Virus record (IMG/VR): IMGVR_UViG_3300007513_002695
Coordinates: 1 to 59,176 of that record
Length of the DNA: 59,176 bases
Strand: one strand, 5' to 3'
Source of the DNA: a virus
Taxonomy: Duplodnaviria; Caudoviricetes
Numbering within the stretch: position 1 is the first letter of the stretch; every line of letters starts with the position of its first letter. The position numbers and the translations under genes are program-made. The notes below the pieces were generated by a model. That model ran no database searches. It worked only from the letters and a program-made list of their open reading frames with translations, and was not told where the DNA came from. This document shows, piece by piece, positions 38,639 to 46,758 of the stretch.

Positions 38639-39367
38639 CTATGTCTTTATTCTTTTTCTAGCCCAACTAAGAGATTTTCCTGGACGACCATCTTTTCTAG
38701 ATCTCCTGATAGCTGCTCCCGGAGAAGTCCACCCCTTTTGTTTCACAAAATTTAATACGATCGTCTCTTTTTCTTCTTCAGAGACATGCCACCAAAGCCA
38801 AAAAAGAGTCTCTTTAATAGAGATAGTATCTTTGGAATATTTTTCTGACTCCGCAGAAAGAATTTCCATTATCTCCGAAACATCTGGAATATCGATATTG
38901 AGATCAACAGCAGCCATTAAAACTTTAGAATATTCTTCATTAGAGTATGACTCGACCACTTCTTCATATATCTTTACCAATCTTATCTTTTCTTCTTCAT
39001 CTTCAAGCTTAACTAGCTTATCCGGATGTGTCTTGAAAGTAACTTTTCTATATAGTGCCTTTGCCCAAGGCGGGTGCGATATTTTTTTAGAAGGATTATC
39101 CTCTTCGCTTAAGTCGCAATCATCATCAGGTGGGCTTTGTGAAATTTCTGGTGCATGATTTTCTCCTTGCATGTCCTGAGATTCTGAATTCTTATCTCGG
39201 TACTGTCCGTCGAAATCTTTATCATACACATTGAGATCATACTGGATTTTCTTTACCCTGTTAAAAAATTCAGTCTTTGCTAGGTCGTGGATCTCAACTG
39301 CTTCTTCATACTCTACTTTGAAGAACTTTACTTTATAAATATTCTTTTTTACTTTTAAATCAGACAT
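38639..39367 (-). CDS. J-domain-containing protein
   Basis: KALYRKVTFKTHPDKL...Y (HPD motif in J-domain helix context). Confidence 0.7.
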   Translation of the reverse strand: MSDLKVKKNIYKVKFFKVEYEEAVEIHDLAKTEFFNRVKKIQYDLNVYDKDFDGQYRDKNSESQDMQGENHAPEISQSPPDDDCDLSEEDNPSKKISHPPWAKALYRKVTFKTHPDKLVKLEDEEEKIRLVKIYEEVVESYSNEEYSKVLMAAVDLNIDIPDVSEIMEILSAESEKYSKDTISIKETLFWLWWHVSEEEKETIVLNFVKQKGWTSPGAAIRRSRKDGRPGKSLSWARKRIKT

Positions 39368-39391
39368 ATACCCGAACCACTATCGGGTATA
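39367..39391. repeat. 9-bp hairpin immediately upstream of the J-domain gene start
   Basis: TATACCCGA-accacta-TCGGGTATA. Confidence 0.6.
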
Positions 39392-39395
39392 AATA

Positions 39396-39704
39396 TTACA
39401 GTGTCTTCTGAACAAGCCTAACATAAGAATATGCTTGCTCAAGATACATCTTTTGTTGATAGAGTTTATTTATTAAATTGTCAATTACAAGACCTTGCTC
39501 TTGAATACACCCTATCGATCTAAAGTCTGTGGACTCTCCTCTCTCCTGAAGAGTCTCTGCAGCTGTTTGTAATTTTGCGCTTAGTGTGCCTAGTTGAGAT
39601 CTTAACAAGAGTAGTGTGTGATCAATAGAGGTCCTGGCACTTGAAATTTCTTCAGATAAAGAAAGGTGTGTAATAGTAGAGTGCGTTTTTTCTGACATGC
39701 TCAA
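39396..39704 (-). CDS. hypothetical helical protein
   Basis: 102-aa ORF. Confidence 0.6.
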   Translation of the reverse strand: MSMSEKTHSTITHLSLSEEISSARTSIDHTLLLLRSQLGTLSAKLQTAAETLQERGESTDFRSIGCIQEQGLVIDNLINKLYQQKMYLEQAYSYVRLVQKTL

Positions 39705-39721
39705 TACTATTACACACCTTT
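39662..39721. repeat. perfect 17-bp inverted repeat spanning the start of 39396..39704
   Basis: AAAGGTGTGTAATAGTA (39662..39678) / TACTATTACACACCTTT (39705..39721), 26-nt spacer. Confidence 0.85.
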
Positions 39722-39737
39722 TAAAATGTTTATATTC

Positions 39738-40061
39738 TTATCTGACCCAGTGCCCCGGGACCCAGCGTCGATGTCGACGGTTGCCTTCCCAGTGACCAGG
39801 GATCCACCTTGCATGAGCATGAGGGCTCTGGGGTGGAGGACCCGACACGTGGGATCGATATGATCTACCGTGATGTGGGTGATGCCAGTGACCTGATCGA
39901 AACAGGGTGGCTTCTACCCAGGCCCACTGAACAGTTACAGTAACAGCAGCTGTGGGTACGGGCTTTCGAACTTTCGATCTATGCCTGTGATGTGCATCTG
40001 CACTAGATGGAGCAATAAGAAGCCCAACTACAGCAGAGATTCCAACAATTTTTGATAGCAT
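39738..40061 (-). CDS. secreted His/Arg-rich protein with W-x-P-G-H-W repeats
   Basis: Signal peptide ending ADA; WIPGHW, WVPGHW, SGHW; SD AAGGAGG. Confidence 0.7.
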   Translation of the reverse strand: MLSKIVGISAVVGLLIAPSSADAHHRHRSKVRKPVPTAAVTVTVQWAWVEATLFRSGHWHHPHHGRSYRSHVSGPPPQSPHAHARWIPGHWEGNRRHRRWVPGHWVR

Positions 40062-40096
40062 TGCTACCTCCTTCGGCTATCCAGCCTTGCAATAAA

Positions 40097-40124
40097 ATTA
40101 TACAATAGTTGTTCAAAATGTACA
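40097..40124 (-). promoter_or_regulatory. promoter TGTACA-N16-TATAAT
   Basis: Upstream of 39738..40061. Confidence 0.6.
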
Positions 40125-40140
40125 CATAAAAAAGAATCAC

Positions 40141-40377
40141 TTACTGTGATTTCTTATTTTTAAAAATATACAATAAGTCAAGAATTAATCTTACAGGCCA
40201 GATAAGAGACCAGGCTGCTCTTGCCCTATACTCTTTTACTATGACTTCAACTGCCCTTAATGAATCTCGGGATCTATATTTTTTACCAGCCATAGTGTGT
40301 ATGACTATCTTAGAAAGACTAGAGCAAAGTATAGAAATAAAAACTAAAACATATAAAGTAACAATATTAGAAATCAT
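40141..40377 (-). CDS. small membrane protein
   Basis: Two hydrophobic segments. Confidence 0.55.
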   Translation of the reverse strand: MISNIVTLYVLVFISILCSSLSKIVIHTMAGKKYRSRDSLRAVEVIVKEYRARAAWSLIWPVRLILDLLYIFKNKKSQ

Positions 40378-40380
40378 CCC

Positions 40381-40935
40381 CTATCCTTTTTTTAAAAAAG
40401 CACCTCTAATTAGAGATCTAAGCTCTTTCTCATCTAAATCAGAGAGAGATACCTGCTGCCTGTTTCTTCTTTTACTTTCGTCGACTTTTGGTTTTTTCTG
40501 CTGTCTTGTCGGAGAAAGTCTATATTTTTCTTTTATATCAAGTAGATCAGATTCTGAAGGACCTTTCTTAACAGGTCTTGTCATAAATGTAGCAGAAGCA
40601 GAAACCTTTGGAGAGCGACGCTTGGGAACAACAGCTTCAGCAGTAACCTTCACAGTCTTTTCAAAATTAACTGACAAGCTAAGGGGCTTAAATATTCTAT
40701 CATCTACGATTACCTCTAGGTCAGACTTATAAGTTCCCTCCTTGAGAACCTTATCCATCGAAGGTATAACTACAGTAACCTCACCCTGACTATCAACTGT
40801 CCCGGGAAATGTATAGGACATGTCAGGGCCTTCTATCATTAATCTGCAAGAAGATTCTCCGGGACGAGATCCCTCTACTCTGACCATAAAATTGAGCTCA
40901 TTATCAGAGTCAAGCTCTAAGTCAACTAACTGCAT
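40381..40935 (-). CDS. hypothetical protein (beta-rich N-terminus, C-terminal EKELRSLIR tag)
   Basis: 184-aa ORF. Confidence 0.65.
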   Translation of the reverse strand: MQLVDLELDSDNELNFMVRVEGSRPGESSCRLMIEGPDMSYTFPGTVDSQGEVTVVIPSMDKVLKEGTYKSDLEVIVDDRIFKPLSLSVNFEKTVKVTAEAVVPKRRSPKVSASATFMTRPVKKGPSESDLLDIKEKYRLSPTRQQKKPKVDESKRRNRQQVSLSDLDEKELRSLIRGAFLKKG

Positions 40936-41288
40936 CAGCTATCTCCCTTTTTAACCTTAACGTCAGATATAACTATTCGGTAAGGTGTGCTCTTTATAGA
41001 AGTAGTTGCTATATCGCTGACAGTTACAGTAGACTCATGATCTTCGTAAACCTCTGTTACCAGAAGCTTTGAAGTCGGTGTAATAATTTCTTCACTATTT
41101 ACTGCCAGAAGCATAGCCCGGACCCTGTACATCTCGGGTATAATTTCGGCAATTCTTTTTGCACCGTTTCCGACTCTCCTGATAACCTTCCTGATTACCT
41201 CAATCGTCCGAGCGACCATTCCCCGAAAAATTAAGCTTGACGGTGATGAACCCGACCCGAGGCCCCTCGTTACAGTAAATCCAGGCAC
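40935..41288 (-). CDS. hypothetical protein
   Basis: 117-aa ORF overlapping its neighbours by 1 nt. Confidence 0.6.
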   Translation of the reverse strand: MPGFTVTRGLGSGSSPSSLIFRGMVARTIEVIRKVIRRVGNGAKRIAEIIPEMYRVRAMLLAVNSEEIITPTSKLLVTEVYEDHESTVTVSDIATTSIKSTPYRIVISDVKVKKGDS

Positions 41289-41719
41289 TATACGCTCCCA
41301 GTACCTACTAGCTTTCTCTCAAATAGCTCATCAATTGATGCCACACCATTTCGATCAAATAGCCCAAATCTAGCAATTTCTGTTGAATTATCATCCTGAT
41401 AAAAGATCATTTCCTTTTCAGTTTCATCTACAACCCATCTCCCAGTGTGAATATATCTCGCCATCTTCTGGTCAATCTTTACCTCTTCAGTTGCAAACAC
41501 GGATGAATTACCGCTAACTGACCAGACTATTGATCCGCTAAACTGGGTAGACAAATTTAGCTCTACACCGTAGAGTCCGGTTAAACTGCCGAGCTCATAC
41601 ACTCCCGAGTTTGTTGCACTAACAGTTTCTGTTCCAAGTGTGTCATAAAGAGAATATCGTATACTTCCTGAAATTCCCCCGAGACCTCTTCCTAAATTTG
41701 CCGTTTGTAAAACTTTCAA
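41288..41719 (-). CDS. hypothetical protein, probably structural
   Basis: 143-aa beta-rich ORF; VYELGSLTGLY, GRWVVD, MIFYQDD. Confidence 0.6.
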   Translation of the reverse strand: MKVLQTANLGRGLGGISGSIRYSLYDTLGTETVSATNSGVYELGSLTGLYGVELNLSTQFSGSIVWSVSGNSSVFATEEVKIDQKMARYIHTGRWVVDETEKEMIFYQDDNSTEIARFGLFDRNGVASIDELFERKLVGTGSV

Positions 41720-42228
41720 CTGTCATCACCTAAACTAGAAGCAGCTTCTGGTAATCCCTGAGTATTTCTAATATATTTCAACTTCTCTGGATGCTCACCT
41801 GGACCTCTTCGTTCGATGTTTAGATCATCCCCATTCTCAACTCTCTTTTGAACCCTATCTTCGGCCGCTCTCCTGTTTTTCTCAGCCTGATTTTTATCAT
41901 CTTCGGCATCTAAAGAATTTTTAATATATTTTACAACCTCGTTGGTAACAACTATTTTCCCAAGTGTCTGATCAAAAGAAGATTTTTCATCAACGAACTT
42001 TTTTATCTCAAGTTTCAAAAGTTCACAAATTAAAGACTTGGCTGAAGTCATATCATCATTTTCTTTAGAGATATCTACAATACGATCAATAGAGGATTCT
42101 ATAAGGTCATGTAAGAATCCTATTCTATTATTAATAATTTTTCCCTGTTCTCTTGCAAGCTCGGATACATTCTCCCCAAATCTTTCACAATTTTCCATCA
42201 GAGATACGGCAATAGTATTATCACTCAT
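41716..42228 (-). CDS. hypothetical coiled-coil protein
   Basis: 170-aa ORF with SD AGGAG. Confidence 0.65.
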   Translation of the reverse strand: MSDNTIAVSLMENCERFGENVSELAREQGKIINNRIGFLHDLIESSIDRIVDISKENDDMTSAKSLICELLKLEIKKFVDEKSSFDQTLGKIVVTNEVVKYIKNSLDAEDDKNQAEKNRRAAEDRVQKRVENGDDLNIERRGPGEHPEKLKYIRNTQGLPEAASSLGDDS

Positions 42229-42269
42229 TTCTAAAATAACTCCTATAATAAAATATTACCTTAAATAAT

Positions 42270-42305
42270 AAAAAATCTCCCGGTGAAGTAAATTCACCGG
42301 GAGAT
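42270..42305 (-). terminator. rho-independent terminator after the tail-fibre-like gene
   Basis: 13-bp stem ATCTCCCGGTGAA/TTCACCGGGAGAT, 5-nt loop, followed by a T-run on the minus strand. Confidence 0.85.
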
Positions 42306-42326
42306 AGATTAATCAAAAAGCTTTAA

Positions 42327-45300
42327 TTACATTGGGCTCTTAGTGAAGATAACAATGTCATCTGCCTCAAGTCCGAATGTAAAGCTAACCGTTGTTACTG
42401 CGGAACCCTCACCTCTATAATCAGCTGCGCCGCCGGATGCCATCAGCTGTCCGTTAACGAAAACATCTACCAGGGTGTTATTGCTAGGTCCACCGAAGTC
42501 GAATCCAGCAACATCCAAAGCCGATCCGGATGGAACAGAAGCTGTAATTGTAGTAGTGATCTTAGCTCGAGACGATGAAGAGCCGCTGAGAAGAACGTTA
42601 CCATCATGCATCAACTGATTGTTTATTGCATACAACTTGGAAGCACCAACTGTTGGATTGGTGACAAGATCATCGAACTCAAGGGGTGAATTTATAATCG
42701 AAATAACATCGTTTTTATCACCGCCGATAATCTGAACACCGCCGCCTGGACCGTTTCCGCCATCAATAACAATGGCGTCTACGGCGTCAAGTGCACTTTG
42801 CAACCTAACCCTTCGAGAAGCACCGATATCAATGTCATCCTTAGCATCAGACCCAGAGGCGAAGATATCAATACCGCCATTGAGTGACTCTAGGAAGATA
42901 GAAGAATTTGCGTCCTGAGCAGCCTTGACATAGATTTGACCTCCTGCCTGAGCTGTGATACCGGTGGCACCTCCGAGACCAAGGTGTCCAGAGGAACCCA
43001 AGTCAGTTCTCTGAGAACCAGTTATCTGAATGTAACCGCCTCGGAAAGATCCCGATGCAGTATTACCGGCGTCGATGTCGACACCACTATCGGTATCTTC
43101 ACCCCAGATTCTAACAGCGTAGTCGCCCTTAGCAGAGCCGGTTAGTCCGACTCGATCTGCCTCAATGTCAAGGTATCCTGACTGATTAGCATACATTGCT
43201 GCACCAGCATCTCCGAAGTGCAACTCTTTTCCTGATGCAATTTTAAATGCTGCATCACCGCCGTCAAATCTAGCAACCTCACCGAAAGTTCCGCCTGAAT
43301 TAACCTTGAAGACCAAGTCAGCGTTTGAGACATGAGTTTCAAGGGTGACATCACCTGAGCTGTTTGTTAGAACAAGTGTGTTGAGACCTCCATCTTGGAA
43401 AAAGACGTTTCCTCCGTCTGCATCAAGGAAGATGTCTCCGGCGGCGTCGATTGTCACATCAGTTGCAACGACCGCAAGATCATTTGCCGTAAGTGAGTGA
43501 ATGTATGAGTTTGCATCTCTAAACTGGAGCTTGTCTGTTGTATCAATCGTCAGAGCGTTTGCACTGTGTGTCAACTTAAAGTTTCCGTTATCGAAGTCAA
43601 TCACACCCTCACTTGCAAGGAATAGATCTGACCATCTTTCGTCAATATCACCAAGAGCTGCACCGTCATCGCTGATCGGCTTAAGGTGACCAGTTCTAAG
43701 AGGAACACCTGCAACATGGTTACCCATTGACTGAGATGTCGGAGATGCATTGAATGTTGCAAGCTCAAACTCTGATCCGTCATAACTTAGAGCTGGCAAC
43801 GCGCTGTAGTCAGCAGCCCCTCGAGCAAAGATTATTGCTCTATCGCCGACATTGTTGAAGTTGTCACCAGTAGCAGCAGAACCAGAGATACCTAGACCAA
43901 TGATTGAATCTTGGACGACCAGGTTTGAAGATGAAACTGTTGTTGTTGCACCTACTACGATAAGATCACCAGTAACGGTTAGATTATCACCTACGATTGT
44001 CTCAGATGTTCCGTGGCCAAGTGTAATAGTTGCTCCACTGATACCGCTAGCAATATTGACATCTCGATCATCCTCAACCTCGATAACAGTAGTACCGTCT
44101 TCCTTAATAAGCACACCGGTCTTACCTTCTATGGTAAGAGCACCCGCTGAAGTGGTAAAGCTCGAGGCAGCGGCAGCATCAATAGTCACAGCAGCGCCAG
44201 CATTAATGTCAACTGCACCAGCAGGTGCTGTAAGATCAAGCTCTCCGTCACCACTCTGTAGTGTAACTCCGTTTGCACCAGATAGTGCTAGAGTTCCCCC
44301 TAGAGTCGTAAAGTTAGAGTTACCAACACCATCTAAAGATATAACTCCTGTTCCATCTATATTAATTGCGGCGCCATCTACATCAATTGTTTGACCTGTT
44401 CCGTCAAGCGTAAGTGTTCCACCACGAGAGTTAACTGTAGCTGTAGTTGTACCATCACCAGCACCAAGCTGAATTGTTCTTGTGCCGTTACCACCAATAG
44501 TGATGTTCTGATTAACATCATCAGCACCAATACTAATAGCACCACCTGATGAATCGATTGTGATTGCCCCAGAACCGTCTATATCAATAGCAGCAGCATT
44601 TGCAACTGTTAAGTTACGGTTGTCTGCAATTGCAATGATGGAAGCACCATTCTCTTGAATGTTAACACCAGTCTGACCATCAAGGGTCAAAGCACCAGCA
44701 GAAGTACTGAAGTTTGAAGCAGCACCGGCATCAATGGTGACTGCAGCAGAAGCATTAATATCAACTGCACCTCGTGCAGCAGTTATGTCAACTTCACCAT
44801 CACCAGCAATAACCTGCGCACCATCAGCACCCGAAAGAATTAGAGTTCCGCCGAGAGTTGTCCAGTTAGAGTTACCAACACCATCTAAAGATATAGCGCC
44901 TGTTCCATCTATATTAATTGCGGCGCCATCTATGTCAACTGTTTGACCTGTACCATCGAGCGTGAGCGTTCCACCGCGAGAGTTAACTGTAGTAGTAGAT
45001 GTACCGTCGCCAGCACCAACTTGAATTGCTCTTGTACCGTCGCCACCAATAGTGATGTTTTGGTTGACGTCATCAGCACCAATACTGATTGCACCGCCTG
45101 ATGAATCAATTGTTACTGCACCAGTTGAATTTACATCAAAGATGCTTGTGTCGAATGTTCCCTCTGCTTGGTTAAAGACTTCGGAAGAAGCCTTACCATG
45201 AATTCTTTGAACTGCTGCAGCGAGGGCACCAACAATATCCTGAATATCAGAACCTGTTAGAGCTGCAGCAGTAGTCGGCGTAACGTACTGGACAACTTCG

Positions 45301-45359
45301 CTTTTTATGTCGATAGCTGACCCGGTGACTTGCGCCGATGTTAACTGTGTTCTAGCCAT
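42327..45359 (-). CDS. tail fibre / long beta-structured virion protein
   Basis: 1010 aa G/A/D/T-rich; internal tandem duplication; GDLIVVGATTTVSSSNLVVQDSII and LG...RWSDLFL fibre-type motifs; C-terminal VFVNGQL domain. Confidence 0.75.
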   Translation of the reverse strand: MARTQLTSAQVTGSAIDIKSEVVQYVTPTTAAALTGSDIQDIVGALAAAVQRIHGKASSEVFNQAEGTFDTSIFDVNSTGAVTIDSSGGAISIGADDVNQNITIGGDGTRAIQVGAGDGTSTTTVNSRGGTLTLDGTGQTVDIDGAAINIDGTGAISLDGVGNSNWTTLGGTLILSGADGAQVIAGDGEVDITAARGAVDINASAAVTIDAGAASNFSTSAGALTLDGQTGVNIQENGASIIAIADNRNLTVANAAAIDIDGSGAITIDSSGGAISIGADDVNQNITIGGNGTRTIQLGAGDGTTTATVNSRGGTLTLDGTGQTIDVDGAAINIDGTGVISLDGVGNSNFTTLGGTLALSGANGVTLQSGDGELDLTAPAGAVDINAGAAVTIDAAAASSFTTSAGALTIEGKTGVLIKEDGTTVIEVEDDRDVNIASGISGATITLGHGTSETIVGDNLTVTGDLIVVGATTTVSSSNLVVQDSIIGLGISGSAATGDNFNNVGDRAIIFARGAADYSALPALSYDGSEFELATFNASPTSQSMGNHVAGVPLRTGHLKPISDDGAALGDIDERWSDLFLASEGVIDFDNGNFKLTHSANALTIDTTDKLQFRDANSYIHSLTANDLAVVATDVTIDAAGDIFLDADGGNVFFQDGGLNTLVLTNSSGDVTLETHVSNADLVFKVNSGGTFGEVARFDGGDAAFKIASGKELHFGDAGAAMYANQSGYLDIEADRVGLTGSAKGDYAVRIWGEDTDSGVDIDAGNTASGSFRGGYIQITGSQRTDLGSSGHLGLGGATGITAQAGGQIYVKAAQDANSSIFLESLNGGIDIFASGSDAKDDIDIGASRRVRLQSALDAVDAIVIDGGNGPGGGVQIIGGDKNDVISIINSPLEFDDLVTNPTVGASKLYAINNQLMHDGNVLLSGSSSSRAKITTTITASVPSGSALDVAGFDFGGPSNNTLVDVFVNGQLMASGGAADYRGEGSAVTTVSFTFGLEADDIVIFTKSPM
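44060..45125 (-). repeat. internal tandem duplication (552-nt / 184-aa period) in the fibre gene
   Basis: CCATCTAAAGATATA...ATTAATTGCGGCGCCATCTA at 44329 and 44881; protein TIDSSGGAISIGADDVNQNITIGG twice; boundaries approximate. Confidence 0.8.
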
Positions 45360-45486
45360 TTTTTTATTTCCTATTATTAGAAGATTATTTTAAAAACATA
45401 CTTTAAAATCTTATAATACGCAACTGACCAGACTAATCTTTAACTTCAATAATAACTATATAGAACTAGCTGAAAAAATTTATAAA

Positions 45487-45717
45487 TTACCCCTTGTAAA
45501 GAATCTTCTTTAGTGATCTCAAGTGGTTGTCAAACTTACAAAATTCACTGTTAACAAACTCTAGAGCAAGGGTAAATGCAGTCTCTTCAGGGTCAAAAAA
45601 TATAAATTCAAACTTCCCACCAGAAGATCTTCTTGCATCTTTAAGCTTTAGATCTTTCATCATTAAATAAGCTGCAAGAGGAAGATCAGATGTGGTATAT
45701 AGTTTTTTATCTGTCAT
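45487..45717 (-). CDS. small protein resembling DUF5659-type phage proteins
   Basis: YTTSDLPLAAYL...KFEFIF...LRSLKKILY; family name recalled from memory, not searched. Confidence 0.55.
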   Translation of the reverse strand: MTDKKLYTTSDLPLAAYLMMKDLKLKDARRSSGGKFEFIFFDPEETAFTLALEFVNSEFCKFDNHLRSLKKILYKG

Positions 45718-45759
45718 TTACATCATTCCCATGGCTATAAGTATCATGCACCCGCCAAC

Positions 45760-46749
45760 CTATGAATCTTTATTATAAATTGCCAGGACAAGACTTTCAG
45801 AAGGAGGAGCGGACGCAGTTGTAAAAAATACATTGCTACCAGTGACAGAGTAGTCTTGAAAAGTGTGAATGCCAGTGGGAGTTTGAAGCTGACCGTTAAC
45901 AAATACGGAAACCTCAGAAACTGCAGAAGGAGTATTTGCAAGGGCAAATAGCGTATTTGTTCCATTGGCAACCCCTGTAAGCTTTTCATTAAAAACAAGT
46001 GATTTTGATGATGAGCCCCCGGTAGCAGAAATAGTTACCTGTCCGTTCGAAGCAGAGGTAATAGTGACATTGCTACCTGCTGCAAGATAAGAAGTTCCAT
46101 CAGTGAGTTTTGTTAAAGAGCCAGAAAGGCCTGTTTTAAATTTTCCATCCTCAACATAGCTTCCAACGTATAGAAAAGCATCAACATATCTAGGGTTAGT
46201 AGCATTATCACCTGTACCTGCCGGATCTTGCTGAAAAAATATGCCGTTGAAATAGTCTAAAAACCAATCTCTAGAATCAAGAACTGGAATTTGAGTCTGA
46301 ACGTTGCTAGACGAATGGTAGGGTGTGGCTTCATAGTCGGAGTCAAATGCTGGAGGAATTAGCTGAAGTGCGCCTGTGGTTACGTATATTTGCCTCCTGT
46401 TCAAGAATGGGTCGGTTCCTGCGAGGGGATTTTTTGAATTTGTCTCATAGTCGTCTGGTAGCTGTAAAGCAAATCCATGACGACCAGAATCAGAGTCTGT
46501 TCCTGCAATAAACGAAGCAGAAAGCCTAAGAAACTCTACAACCCCCTGCCCGGAAGAGTTTGATAAAATAAGATACTGAGGGGCTGATCCTGTATGAGAA
46601 GGTATTGATTGTGCAAATACTGTGTCCAGGGCTTGAGAAATTCCCGAAGGTAGCGCTTCATTTGCAACATCTTTGTCATTTGATGTGTGCGCTTTTCCAA
46701 TAAGCTTTTTTATTGATATTAGCGTCTTTGAAGTATCAGACAGTGACAT
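45760..46749 (-). CDS. putative virion structural protein
   Basis: 329 aa; LSGSLTKLTDGTSYLAAGSNVTIT linker; C-terminal NGTNTLFAL...VFVNGQLQ...DYSVTG domain shared with the fibre C-terminus. Confidence 0.65.
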   Translation of the reverse strand: MSLSDTSKTLISIKKLIGKAHTSNDKDVANEALPSGISQALDTVFAQSIPSHTGSAPQYLILSNSSGQGVVEFLRLSASFIAGTDSDSGRHGFALQLPDDYETNSKNPLAGTDPFLNRRQIYVTTGALQLIPPAFDSDYEATPYHSSSNVQTQIPVLDSRDWFLDYFNGIFFQQDPAGTGDNATNPRYVDAFLYVGSYVEDGKFKTGLSGSLTKLTDGTSYLAAGSNVTITSASNGQVTISATGGSSSKSLVFNEKLTGVANGTNTLFALANTPSAVSEVSVFVNGQLQTPTGIHTFQDYSVTGSNVFFTTASAPPSESLVLAIYNKDS

Positions 46750-46758
46750 TTCTACCCC

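Noticed and set aside
44060-45125. CRISPR array or DGR template/variable repeat
   Set aside because: The repeat is an in-frame coding duplication, not short repeats with unique spacers; no reverse transcriptase or cas gene in the window
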